DNA of 24,000 bases from Acaryochloris marina S15 (GCF_018336915.1 NZ_CP064923.1:3802385-3826384); one strand, 5' to 3'; counted from the first letter of the stretch, positions 1 to 10,016 are shown. The notes: generated by a model not told the origin, from the sequence alone. A program made the numbers and translations.

Positions 1-1040
1 TTGACCACATAAGATTTCCCATCCCCGATCCGAATGGCTAACCGCTCAACATCGGACTGGCGCATTTGCACAACCTGCTGCCCATTTGGAAGGTCTTCTA
101 GGTTGGACAAGGAAATCGCACTTTGACGAGCCTGCGTCAGCAACGTGTTGATAGCTTGTAAGGCATCGGTTTTGGAATTGATGTCTTGAATCACCGCTGA
201 GGCCAAGACTTGCCCTGTTCGAATGGCAATGGTGCCTCGACGTAACCCCAACAGTAAAAATTCGACATTTTTCTCTAGGCGGTCTCGATTGACTTCCAGG
301 GCCTGAACGTCTTGTTGTAGCTGTTGACGTTGTTGATTGGCTGCTAGAAGCTCTTTACGCCCTTTCGTAATGGTTGTGGTTAATTCCTGCTTTTGAATTT
401 CGACTTGGCTTAGTCGCGTTTGGGCTTCAGTAATCGCGGTTTCGAGTTGCCTTTTTTGAACATTCACTTGTTTGAGTCGAGCCTCAGATTGGTTGCGCTG
501 AACTCGAAGGTTGTTTTGTTCTGTGCGAAGGGATTGAATTTGCGATCGCAACTGCTTCGCTTGTCCGGCGAACTTCGCAATCTCCCGTTTGGACTGGAGA
601 AACCGGCGTTGGGTTTGTTTGAGTTGGCGCTCGATCCGCTTTTCTCGGGCAATCGCTTTTACCAAAGAACGATTGGCCGTCTTCAAGCGTTGCCGGGTCC
701 GACTGAGGCTAGTTCGGGATCGAGCGAGATCGACCTCAATGGAGTCCTTCTCAGCCTGGGTCTCAGCCAGTTCCTTCTGGACAATACGACTCCGTTTCTG
801 GATGTCATCAAACCGAAAAAGGGCATCCCGAAACTGCTGGCTAAAGGCAAAAACAATCCCCAAGGTGAGGGCAGAAATCACCGCACCCGTCATGATCGTA
901 ATGACAATGGCAGTATTTTTGGGACGGAGGTTGAATAGACTCAGGCGCGCTTTGCCCACCTTCGAACCAATCCGATCGCCCAAAGTTGCGATCGCACCGC
1001 CCAAAACAATAATGACAATAACCAGAAAGTAACCCAGCAT
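1..1040 (-). CDS. DUF3084 domain-containing protein, C-terminus beyond left edge
   Basis: Translating the minus strand from ATG at 1040 gives MLGYFLVIVIIVLGGAIATLGDRIGSKVGKARLSLFNLRPKNTAIVITIMTGAVISALTLGIVFAFSQQF..., open to base 1, followed by a coiled-coil-rich stretch. This is the typical cyanobacterial DUF3084 N-terminus. It is absent from the ORF track because the stop lies outside the window. Confidence 0.85.
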   Translation of the reverse strand, partial: MLGYFLVIVIIVLGGAIATLGDRIGSKVGKARLSLFNLRPKNTAIVITIMTGAVISALTLGIVFAFSQQFRDALFRFDDIQKRSRIVQKELAETQAEKDSIEVDLARSRTSLSRTRQRLKTANRSLVKAIAREKRIERQLKQTQRRFLQSKREIAKFAGQAKQLRSQIQSLRTEQNNLRVQRNQSEARLKQVNVQKRQLETAITEAQTRLSQVEIQKQELTTTITKGRKELLAANQQRQQLQQDVQALEVNRDRLEKNVEFLLLGLRRGTIAIRTGQVLASAVIQDINSKTDALQAINTLLTQARQSAISLSNLEDLPNGQQVVQMRQSDVERLAIRIGDGKSYVV

Positions 1041-1065
1041 GGAAACCCTTGCGAAATATAACGGG

Positions 1066-1461
1066 TTAATCCAGCAGATTCTCTAAACGACGACGAATTT
1101 GATCTAAGTTATTGACATCGGCATCCGGTTGATCAGCATCAGACTGATCGGCTTGCCAGTCTGTTTTGTCGACATTAGCCTCTGGCGGCACAGCAAGGGA
1201 GCCCTCGGGAATTAATTCCAGTTCTAAGCCCGCACTGTCGCAAAATGCCTCAATCTCTTCTTGATCAAATCCCTCCACCGTGGCTGCTGGAAAATCTTGA
1301 GCTTCCAGCATTAAGGCAAAGCGAGTGGCGTCGTCTTCCTCTTCAAAAGCCAGTACTACATCTTGTGTATAACTGCCTTCATCGGTGGAAACCTGCTTTT
1401 GTAAGGAGTGAATGCCCTCGTTCTCAGTTCCAGCATTAAATAACAAAACAAATACGCGCAT
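1066..1461 (-). CDS. DUF3110 domain-containing protein
   Basis: 131-aa ORF MRVFVLLFNAGTENEGIHSLQ... matches the cyanobacterial DUF3110 N-terminal signature; same strand and closely spaced with the DUF3084 gene. Confidence 0.8.
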   Translation of the reverse strand: MRVFVLLFNAGTENEGIHSLQKQVSTDEGSYTQDVVLAFEEEDDATRFALMLEAQDFPAATVEGFDQEEIEAFCDSAGLELELIPEGSLAVPPEANVDKTDWQADQSDADQPDADVNNLDQIRRRLENLLD

Positions 1462-1785
1462 GATCCTGAGTTGAAATTAGATAGACCTTTGATCGACCAC
1501 TAGAGGGTGCTGAACAAGAATAGCATTTACCTCTATAATCGTTTTTTGTCTGGACAATGATTATAAGGCTACCCCATGGTGTGTCATGCTCAATCTTGCT
1601 CGGGGGACAGAATATCTGAAGAAGGTCACTTTGTTCAAATCAGTTTAATTCTGCTGTGCGTTATATGTTGTTGAGGAACTAACCCCTAAGAAAGCCTTCT
1701 GTAATAAGGTTACAGTGCATTGATTCAGATTTTGAGTTAAAGGGCCCACTCCTTATTTGTCAACGGTACCCCTCTGAGGGATGTC

Positions 1786-4700
1786 ATGCCCCAATCTTCC
1801 CCTCCTGGGCAAGCTTCTCGTCCATCTCCTCCCCATCGACACTTTACTCGTCTTCACTTTCTGCTCATTGTAGTTGGGTTGCTACTGGCTGCGATCTCAG
1901 GTGTGAGTTGGTGGGTGCTGCGATTTATTGATGAAGACTTAACTCCCCTTGTTGCCAAAGAACTGAGTAAAACCTTAAATCGCCCGGTCAAGATTGGAGA
2001 TGTTCAAAATTACTCCCTCACCCATATTCGTTTTGGACCTTCAGAGATTCCTGCTTGTTCGCCCCAGCAGGGTTGTGCGAAGGAAGATGCCGACTCCGCA
2101 AAAATGGAAGCTGTAGATATCCGGTTCAATCTGTTGCCAATCTTATGGAGTCGCAAGCTGCATCTAGATGCAACACTGATCAAACCCCATCTGTACCTTG
2201 ATCAGACCCAGGATGGGGAATGGATTGCCACTCGACTTCGCTCTGGCCCTTCGAAGGCTTGGATAAAAGTCAAACTGAATCAGCTGCGGGTGCAGCAAGG
2301 AACAGCTCAGATTGATCCTGCCAAAATCGAGACTCGACAATTAAGCCAGCTCAACGGCACCCTCAATTTCTCGAACCCTGAAACCCTATACTTCAATACC
2401 ACAAGCCAGGTGGACTCAGGCGGTACACTCTCGATGAAAGGGGCTTGGCAATCCCAACAGCAGCAGCTAGAAGTCAATGCCAAAGCGGAGGATCTCGTTG
2501 CTGCCCCCTTGATGGGCTTGCTACCAAAGCTCCCTTTTGAAATCAACAAAGGACAATTAAATGGGCAATTTCAGGTTAAAGTGCGTCCCCAACAGCCTTT
2601 AACCATTCATTCTGATGCCACCTTATTCCAAGGGGATATTTGGATTCCCAAGCAAGCCATTCGCGTCCAAGCCAATAACATTCGCACCGATGTCCGCATC
2701 GAAGTGCCCATTCAGCGTCCGGTTGAACTGAAAGGCGAGGCTTTTGTAGAGGGCGCAAGGGCAGATGTCCCTGAAGATTTACTTCTAGATAATCAGCGTC
2801 AACAACCTCGCCGCTTATCCCAGCTCCAGGGCAAAGTTGATTTCCTGGGGCTAAAACAGCGATTTCGCTTTGATCTTAAAGGGCGAATGGGGCAAAGTGG
2901 CCGTCTGCAAGCTAGGGGCGTAGCCTCTTTTTTAGAGCAACAGTCCAACATGCGGCTGCAGCTTCAGAATCTGCCAGCGCCTCTGTTTGACCAAGCCTAT
3001 CAACTCCCCATGACTGTTGATTCGGGTCAAGTGAGTGCCAGCATCCGAGTCAATCTCCGCCCAAAACAGCGTCCCGATGTCCAAGGGACTGCCCTCTTAA
3101 AACGGGTTGAGATGGGGATAGTTAATGTCCCTCAACCTTTTCGGCGGGTGAGAGGGTATCTGCGCTTTAAGGGCATTGCCGTTCGTCTAGAAGGACTTCA
3201 GGGAGACTATGGGCAAATCCCCATGCAGGCCACTGGCTGGATTGATCCAGATCGCGGATATCGTTTGGTGGGGAAAACGGAGTGGGTTGCCGCTCAACCC
3301 ATGCTAGAAACCCTCCAAGTCACAGGTTTACCCTTTCCCGTTACGGGCAAGTTTAAGGGGGATAATCTTCGATTTGATGGTGCAATTGATCAGCCGATTT
3401 TCTCTGGTTCAATTCAATTAGCAAAGCAACCTAAGGTTGATCGGGTGCCGTTTAAGCAGCTCACGGCTAAATTTCAATTGGCTGATGCCCTGCTAAAAAT
3501 GGAGAATATCGAGGCCGAAACAATTGTAGGGGGACGGTTTCGAGGGACGGCTCGCTTTGATGTTCAGCCCGGTGGACAGTTGTTAACCCAGTTGGAGGCT
3601 AGCGAGATTCCCGGGAATGCGATCGCACAGTTCTACCAAGCCGATCCCGGTTTTCCCTTGGGGCCCCTCCAAGGTCAAATTAAGATATTTGGCCCCCCAG
3701 AGGATATACGCACTAATGTAGATTTTCAGGCCCTGAAGGGACAATTCCCGACCCGAGGGAATATTCTTATTCACCAAAGCATTGCTCAACTCAGGCGGAT
3801 TGTCACTCAGGTCCCTGGGGGGGAACTACGGACCCAAGGCCAGATTAAAGATAATCAGGTTAACGTAACAACGATGACCCCCGGCGTGACCCTGAAGGCT
3901 TACTCCCCTGACACACGGGGACTTATGACTGGGCAACTCAACATTACGGGTCCCTTCGATGGTTTTAGTGTCAACACAGTCAGAGCCCAGGGAAAGGCTC
4001 GCTTCTCTGATGGAATTGCCATTGTCTATGACCCGATTGCAGCCCAAATTCAATGGGATGGACAGCAGATCTTGGTGGATCAAGCCACTGCCCCAGGTTT
4101 TTGGTCCCAAGGTCAAGTGGGACTGGACTTTGATTCGCCTCAAGGTCCTCAGCTCACCACCCTCAATCTCGCGGTTCGTTCTCAAGGGTACGATTTAGGA
4201 TTATTTCCTCCCTTTGGCCCCACACAAGTCAAAATGGCGGGGCGGGCTAACCTAGTCGGTCAACTCACAGGCACTATCGAGGATCCCTACCTAGACTCTA
4301 CGGTACAAATTAACAACCTCTTGGTAGGAGGGGTTCCCTTTGAAAACACGCTCAAAGGCAAAATGCAATATGGGCAACAAGCCAAGTTAGATTTGCGGGT
4401 ATCAGGACAGCGTGATCGCATCAATCTCGCATTAAATTCCAATCAATTGCCCACATCCTTTGATATTCGTCGTGATCAAGCCTGGGCGATCGGTAAAACT
4501 GAACAGGGTAAGCTCAATCTCGATTTCCAGGATGTTCCCCTCGCTGCCTTAAACTGGCAACCTGTTGATAATCTCGGACCGCTTTCGGGTCTCTCTTCTG
4601 GTGAGTTTTCTCTTAACCCTACAACCTATGTAGGTGCTGGAACTCTTACGGTGAAACGCCCTGCCATTGGCAAGTTAGTCGGAGATCAATTTTTAGGTAG

Positions 4701-6972
4701 GTTTCAACTCACCAGCGATACCATTCGGTTGCAACAAGGTGAATTGCGCGATCGCAACAACTTATATCAGCTCCAAGCCAACGTGGTACCTGGCATCAAT
4801 CCCAAATTTTCAGGAACGCTCAACATTCGCCAATCTGAAATTGCCGATCTCGTCACTGCGGCAACATCCCTCAACCTCAATCCATCGGTATCTCAGGGTC
4901 AGTCCCAAGGGAAAGCCGAAGATGTCGAAACGCTTCCCGTAGGTTCAGCCCAAGGGTCTTTACTCATGCAGCTTCGACGTCTGTCTGAGTTAGATGCTTT
5001 AACTACGCAGCAGCAAGCCCAAGCTCCCCCAGACCCCCTATTTCCCGATTTAGCTGAGTTATCAGGTAAGCTCGCAGGCCGCCTGCAGTTTTCAGGCTCT
5101 TTACAATCGGGACTAGATACTCGCTTTGCCCTAAAGACTCAGGCTTTAAAGTGGGGGGACTATGCCATTGATCTCATGACTGCTCAGGGGCAATATGCAG
5201 ATGGCAGCCTGCAGCTCCGACCTTTGCGGGTGACAACAGGGAAACAGGAAGCCCAGTTTCAAGGAACGATTGGCCTTCAGCAGCAATCTGGCCAGTTAAC
5301 TCTGAAGAATCTGCCTTTGCAAGGACTGAATCAATTCCTCGATTTGCCCTTTGAGGTGGCTGGCACTGTCAATGGTTCTGCTAGCCTTGCCGGTACTTTA
5401 GCCAATCCTCAGCTTCAGGGCGAGCTGAAATGGGATGAGGCCATGGTGAATACCCTTGCCCTCAATCAAGCTCGGTCGACCTTTGCCTATAATCGAGGAC
5501 GATTGACCTTTGAAGGTGGCTCAGATGCCCTTCCATTCAGGTTTACAGGGAATATCCCTTATCAATTACCCTTGACTGCGGTGGGACCGGATAGCGATGC
5601 CCTGGAAGTGTCTCTGAAAGTGAAGGATGATGGCCTGTCTCTGATTAATCTGTTTACGGATCAGCTCAATTGGGTAGAGGGTCAGGGAGAAATCGATCTC
5701 AATATAACGGGTACCCTAACCCAACCTTCCATGCAGGGGAGTATCCAGCTCAACCAGGCAACCTTAGGGTCTGATCTATTATTTGAACCCCTCACAAATG
5801 TTACTGGAATCATTCAATTCGATCGCAATCATTTGCGGATTAAACGTCTGAACGGACTCTATAGCCAGGGCAAACTAGAGGCTTCGGGGAGTCTCCCCCT
5901 ATTTGTGTCCGAGGCATCTCCTTCTTCTGATTCCCTGCAACTAGCCCTCAAAGCCCTCAAGCTCAATGTCAAAGGACTATATAAAGGTCAAATTGATGGT
6001 GATCTGAATATTTCCGGCTCGCTGTTAGCCCCTCAATTGGGAGGAGTGATGGCCTTGACGAATGGTCAGGTCATTTTGGCTGATGTGAATGTTGCTTCCT
6101 CCAGTGCTCCAGGACAATTTGGACAAACCACTCCCCTGGAATTTAATAACCTTCAAGTTCAGCTCAATAATAATGTTCGGGTCACTCAGCCCCCCTTGCT
6201 TAGTTTTGTTGCTGCCGGTAATGTAACCGTCAACGGCTCTATTAATGCCCCGCGTCCTGCCGGTAAAATTCGATTCCGTCAGGGATCTGTGAATCTATTT
6301 ACCAGTCGTTTTCGGATTGATTCTCGCCAAGATAATTTTGCCGAATTCGATCCAAGTTTGGGATTAGATCCTTTTCTCAGCATTGGCATGGTGACGACTG
6401 CCACAGATATCGCGGGAGGACGGGCCACGGAATTGAACGAGTTTGAAGACTTACCCGCAGGTCGAATTGGGGCGATTGAATCCGTGCGAGTCCGGGCTAC
6501 GGTAGAAGGGCGTGCCAGTGAGCTAGTCAATAACTTTAATCAAGTGGTGAAACTTTCTAGCACGCCCAGCCGATCAGAAGGTGAAATTCTGGCCTTGTTA
6601 GGAGGGAGTGTCACAAATAATTTAGAAGATGGAAATACAGAACTAGCCTTAGTAAATTTAGCTAGCTCAGCGTTTCTAACTGGTTTTGAAGGATTATTCG
6701 CAGATGCGCTTGGGACACGAGCTAGTTTTCGTGTGTTTCCAGTTTTAATCCCTAATGATGACCAAGACCAGTCCGTGTTGGCATTTGGTGCAGAACTAGG
6801 TTACGACGTGACGGATCGTTTCTCAGTATCAGCCCTGCAAATCTTAACGGGATTGGATGAAGCGACATTATTTAATGCAAGTTACGACATTAATGAGCAA
6901 TTGCGGGTTCGAAGTGCTATCAGTACTGATGGAGAAGCTGTTGGCATTCTCGAATATCGCATTCGTTTTTAA
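1786..6972 (+). CDS. tamB: Translocation/assembly module TamB-like (DUF490) AsmA-type protein
   Basis: 1728-aa ORF with N-terminal TM anchor (FLLIVVGLLLAAISGVSWWVL), long repetitive beta-rich body, C-terminal DUF490-like section (FRQGSVNLFTSRFRIDSRQDNFAEF...) and terminal aromatic residue. Confidence 0.85.
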   Translation: MPQSSPPGQASRPSPPHRHFTRLHFLLIVVGLLLAAISGVSWWVLRFIDEDLTPLVAKELSKTLNRPVKIGDVQNYSLTHIRFGPSEIPACSPQQGCAKEDADSAKMEAVDIRFNLLPILWSRKLHLDATLIKPHLYLDQTQDGEWIATRLRSGPSKAWIKVKLNQLRVQQGTAQIDPAKIETRQLSQLNGTLNFSNPETLYFNTTSQVDSGGTLSMKGAWQSQQQQLEVNAKAEDLVAAPLMGLLPKLPFEINKGQLNGQFQVKVRPQQPLTIHSDATLFQGDIWIPKQAIRVQANNIRTDVRIEVPIQRPVELKGEAFVEGARADVPEDLLLDNQRQQPRRLSQLQGKVDFLGLKQRFRFDLKGRMGQSGRLQARGVASFLEQQSNMRLQLQNLPAPLFDQAYQLPMTVDSGQVSASIRVNLRPKQRPDVQGTALLKRVEMGIVNVPQPFRRVRGYLRFKGIAVRLEGLQGDYGQIPMQATGWIDPDRGYRLVGKTEWVAAQPMLETLQVTGLPFPVTGKFKGDNLRFDGAIDQPIFSGSIQLAKQPKVDRVPFKQLTAKFQLADALLKMENIEAETIVGGRFRGTARFDVQPGGQLLTQLEASEIPGNAIAQFYQADPGFPLGPLQGQIKIFGPPEDIRTNVDFQALKGQFPTRGNILIHQSIAQLRRIVTQVPGGELRTQGQIKDNQVNVTTMTPGVTLKAYSPDTRGLMTGQLNITGPFDGFSVNTVRAQGKARFSDGIAIVYDPIAAQIQWDGQQILVDQATAPGFWSQGQVGLDFDSPQGPQLTTLNLAVRSQGYDLGLFPPFGPTQVKMAGRANLVGQLTGTIEDPYLDSTVQINNLLVGGVPFENTLKGKMQYGQQAKLDLRVSGQRDRINLALNSNQLPTSFDIRRDQAWAIGKTEQGKLNLDFQDVPLAALNWQPVDNLGPLSGLSSGEFSLNPTTYVGAGTLTVKRPAIGKLVGDQFLGRFQLTSDTIRLQQGELRDRNNLYQLQANVVPGINPKFSGTLNIRQSEIADLVTAATSLNLNPSVSQGQSQGKAEDVETLPVGSAQGSLLMQLRRLSELDALTTQQQAQAPPDPLFPDLAELSGKLAGRLQFSGSLQSGLDTRFALKTQALKWGDYAIDLMTAQGQYADGSLQLRPLRVTTGKQEAQFQGTIGLQQQSGQLTLKNLPLQGLNQFLDLPFEVAGTVNGSASLAGTLANPQLQGELKWDEAMVNTLALNQARSTFAYNRGRLTFEGGSDALPFRFTGNIPYQLPLTAVGPDSDALEVSLKVKDDGLSLINLFTDQLNWVEGQGEIDLNITGTLTQPSMQGSIQLNQATLGSDLLFEPLTNVTGIIQFDRNHLRIKRLNGLYSQGKLEASGSLPLFVSEASPSSDSLQLALKALKLNVKGLYKGQIDGDLNISGSLLAPQLGGVMALTNGQVILADVNVASSSAPGQFGQTTPLEFNNLQVQLNNNVRVTQPPLLSFVAAGNVTVNGSINAPRPAGKIRFRQGSVNLFTSRFRIDSRQDNFAEFDPSLGLDPFLSIGMVTTATDIAGGRATELNEFEDLPAGRIGAIESVRVRATVEGRASELVNNFNQVVKLSSTPSRSEGEILALLGGSVTNNLEDGNTELALVNLASSAFLTGFEGLFADALGTRASFRVFPVLIPNDDQDQSVLAFGAELGYDVTDRFSVSALQILTGLDEATLFNASYDINEQLRVRSAISTDGEAVGILEYRIRF

Positions 6973-6978
6973 CCACCT

Positions 6979-7506
6979 ATGACCCTTGCTACTTGGATCA
7001 CGATTTCCCGCTTATTTGCCTTACCTTTTCTGCTTTATGGCTTACAGGGCGATATTGTGGCTTCTTCCCCTACCACTCGCTGGATTTGTTTAGCCATATT
7101 CATTGTGGCTGCTGGCACTGATTGGCTAGATGGTTATCTAGCTCGTAAATTAGATCAAGTGACAGATCTTGGGAAATTCCTAGATCCCCTCGTAGATAAA
7201 TTACTGATTTTGGGTCCCCTGATTGCACTAGTCGAACTAGGCCAGATCCCCGCCTGGAGTGTGGTGATTATTCTGACTCGGGAGTTAACCATTGCTGGGT
7301 GGCGTGTTCAGCAAACCCAAATTTCAGGAGCTAATGGGTGGGGCAAAGCTAAAACCGTTCTGCAGATTGTTGCTGTTTCCTTCTTGATTGCACCCTTGTC
7401 AGGGGTGTGGATGCCCATTTCTTTAGGCGTTTATGCTGCTTCGGTTTGCCTGACCGTCGTTTCTGGCATTGTATATGTGCTGCCTCAATCACCTCTTATT
7501 CCATAA
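6979..7506 (+). CDS. pgsA: CDP-diacylglycerol--glycerol-3-phosphate 3-phosphatidyltransferase
   Basis: 175 aa, CDP-alcohol phosphatidyltransferase motif DWLDGYLARKLDQVTDLGKFLDPLVDKLL; starts 6 nt after the tamB-like stop. Confidence 0.92.
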   Translation: MTLATWITISRLFALPFLLYGLQGDIVASSPTTRWICLAIFIVAAGTDWLDGYLARKLDQVTDLGKFLDPLVDKLLILGPLIALVELGQIPAWSVVIILTRELTIAGWRVQQTQISGANGWGKAKTVLQIVAVSFLIAPLSGVWMPISLGVYAASVCLTVVSGIVYVLPQSPLIP

Positions 7507-7986
7507 CGCTAGAAAATTCCAGCAAAGAGTTTAGATTGAGCGTTAAGAATATTTTAATTTTTTTGTAATTTCAGTATTTCCCGTAGCACCTTCTTTTTGA
7601 AACCTAAATAGTCAAAGGTATATTAACGGATTGGAGTTGTATATTTACCTTTTGCCTATGTATAAGAAGTTATCTGAGATATGAAAAGTGTTCGTTTTTT
7701 TCTCCGCAAGATTACGGAGTAAGAGAACTAGTAGGTTTCTGTAAAGCCTATTATGAAAGGCTTATGTGAATTCACGGAAGTATTTTTCCAGTGATCTTAC
7801 GGAAGATATTTTTGTTGGATTAGAGCAAGATACTAATAGTAGATTCGTATTTCTTAGACAAACTGTATACCTCACTGCATTTAGAGAAAGAGCCGATCTT
7901 GTTCATTTGTTCTGCAGCATTCAGGTTTTCAGAAATAGTCAAGTCCCATCGTCTCACTCATATCGTCACTTCACCTTATTAATCAT

Positions 7987-8529
7987 ATGAAAGTTATCCA
8001 TTCACATGATAATTCCGGCAATTCCGAGAACAAGCAGCCTATTGAGATGCTGAAAGACGGACAACTATTATCTTTATCCCAAAGCTACCCAGCAGGATTA
8101 ATTCTGCAAAAACCTTATTATGCCGAGTATATTGGTCCAGGTTCGGCTGTAGGAGGGATGTTTGATCTACAGTGCGTCACTATTCACCCCTTGGGCAAAG
8201 TTGAACTCAGTGCTCCTGAAACGTTGGATGAGCGCCAAAATGCGTTTCAAAAGAGAATGGAAGATATTGAGCACATGCAGCTGATTTGTGAAAAAGATTT
8301 ACCGATAGAACGGGCTGTTGCCGTTCTTGAAATGCTATCTCAGCATTTTTATCAAGATGAAATCCAAATGATTCCCAATGAAATTTTGGCTAAGCTCGTG
8401 GGGGTTTTACCTTCAACGATGGCGGCAGCTTGGCAACAATTATCTACAAGTGGCCACAAGCGGAATACCACTCCACAGTCCTCTACCCCTGAGCCAAATT
8501 TTGCTTCCCATGAGGTGGCGTTTGCCTAG
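7987..8529 (+). CDS. Hypothetical protein, possible Crp/Fnr-like C-terminal helix-turn-helix
   Basis: 180-aa ORF; C-terminal region ERAVAVLEMLSQHFYQDEIQMIPNEILAKLVGVLPSTMAAAWQQL resembles the spacing of a Crp-family HTH. Followed by a strong terminator. Confidence 0.6.
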   Translation: MKVIHSHDNSGNSENKQPIEMLKDGQLLSLSQSYPAGLILQKPYYAEYIGPGSAVGGMFDLQCVTIHPLGKVELSAPETLDERQNAFQKRMEDIEHMQLICEKDLPIERAVAVLEMLSQHFYQDEIQMIPNEILAKLVGVLPSTMAAAWQQLSTSGHKRNTTPQSSTPEPNFASHEVAFA

Positions 8530-8627
8530 GTTAGGGTCGCTTCTCTTTCCCATACGCTTGAGGATGTATCAAACCTAAATCTATTGAAGTCAGTTGCTTC
8601 ACTAACTGGGCTTTGATACATCGGAAT

Positions 8628-8688
8628 CACCATCAGCCCCACTATTTAGAGCTAACACTCCAAATAGTGGGGCTGATGGTGGTTTTTG
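8628..8688 (+). terminator. Strong intrinsic terminator downstream of the 7987..8529 gene
   Basis: Perfect 20-bp inverted repeat caccatcagccccactattt (8628-8647) / aaatagtggggctgatggtg (8662-8681), 14-nt loop, followed by gtttttg. Confidence 0.85.
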
Positions 8689-8903
8689 TAAGGACTAGGC
8701 CTAGAATTGTGGGCTGAAGCGGTTGGGGGATCAAATATCACAGATATCTAAGTTAGGGACTGCCGTCAGTAAATAGATATCATTCATTAATGTATATGTC
8801 AGTAGGATAGCGAATTCCCATCTTATCCTGGCAATCTCTGTCGCAGATTAAACACCTGATTTCTAAAACCAAGCATAGTAAAAGCGTCAACGCCGTGTAC
8901 AAT

Positions 8904-8973
8904 GCTCTATGAGAGAGGGAATCCTTCCTGCGATCGCAGAAGACCACCCATCAATTGTATAGGTGGTTTTTTT
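8904..8973 (+). ncRNA. Candidate small RNA, about 60-70 nt, with Rho-independent terminator
   Basis: TACAAT -10-like hexamer at 8898-8903, no convincing ORF, then accacc (8943-8948) / ggtggt (8962-8967) stem and a seven-T run 8967-8973. No clear -35 element. Confidence 0.35.
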
Positions 8974-9212
8974 CAAGTGGAATCTATAAAGGTTCTACCC
9001 TTCTCCTAGACGATTTCTTCGGTGCACTTGCACCCAGAGCATAGCACTTACTTCCCTAAAGTGCAGACTCTGTGAAAGGTCATCGTTTTATGACATTACC
9101 GATAGAAATTATTGTTGGCTCTAAAGCTAAAAGTCTTACCAAACATGGTCATCAGTGCCTTGATGGCAATCTGGCAAGAATAAACATAACTTTTGATACT
9201 AGAGGGTGATCA

Positions 9213-10016
9213 ATGAGATTTCGCACTTTAATCGTTACTTTTTTAGCGGTCTGTCTGGGGGTTTTCTCAGTCAACGCCAAGGCTTTGGCAGTTGTACCCA
9301 GCTCTATGACCTATGACCAGGTAAAAGGCACTGGTCTGGCTGATAGCTGCCCAACCCTTCCTACAGGCACCGGTGACACCATATCAGTCGGAGGCTCTGC
9401 CTACATTACAGATTTGTGTTTCCAACCAACTTCTTTCTTTGTGAAGGAAGAGCCTAAGAACCCTCGCCAAGAGGCCGAATTCGTGCCTGCGAGCGTTATG
9501 ACTCGGAAAACAACCACCCTTGAGCAGATTGAAGGACCTTTGTCTGCTGATGGCGGCGGTCTAACTTTCAAAGAGACCGATGGCATGGACTTCCAAGCCA
9601 TTACTGTACAAATTTCTGGCCGTGAGCGCGTACCCATGCTGTTCACCGTCAAGGAACTTCTGGCTTCTGCCTCCGGCAGCTCCATCGCCGATGGAACGAG
9701 CTTCTCTGGAGAGTATGCAGTACCTTCCTACCGGACTTCAGGTTTCTTAGATCCTAAAGGCCGGGGTGTTTCCACTGGTTACGACAATGCTGTTGCACTT
9801 CCTGCTTCCGCAGATGCTGATAAGCTGAACCGAGCCAATGCCAAGCGCTTTGACCTCACCAAAGGTAGTATCTCCATGGATGTTGCTTCTGTTGATAACG
9901 AAACTGGAGAATTTGGTGGCACCTTCGAAAGCGAGCAGTTTTCGGATAGTGACTTAGGTGCTATTGACCCCTTAGAAGTGAAAGTTCAAGGAATCTTCTA
10001 TGGTCGCGTTAACTAA
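9213..10016 (+). CDS. psbO: Photosystem II manganese-stabilizing protein PsbO
   Basis: 267 aa; signal peptide, then LTYDQ-like SSMTYDQVKGTGLADSCPTL, conserved Cys pair, FVKEEPKN; SD-like gaggg upstream of ATG. Confidence 0.97.
   Translation: MRFRTLIVTFLAVCLGVFSVNAKALAVVPSSMTYDQVKGTGLADSCPTLPTGTGDTISVGGSAYITDLCFQPTSFFVKEEPKNPRQEAEFVPASVMTRKTTTLEQIEGPLSADGGGLTFKETDGMDFQAITVQISGRERVPMLFTVKELLASASGSSIADGTSFSGEYAVPSYRTSGFLDPKGRGVSTGYDNAVALPASADADKLNRANAKRFDLTKGSISMDVASVDNETGEFGGTFESEQFSDSDLGAIDPLEVKVQGIFYGRVN

Noticed and set aside
420-1032. Two plus-strand ORFs (172 and 147 aa)
   Set aside because: They are antisense to a continuous minus-strand DUF3084 frame with a recognisable N-terminus.
2307-6530. 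Multiple minus-strand and alternate-frame ORFs of 60-119 aa within the tamB-like gene
   Set aside because: No recognisable domains; shadow ORFs inside a long, well-supported CDS.
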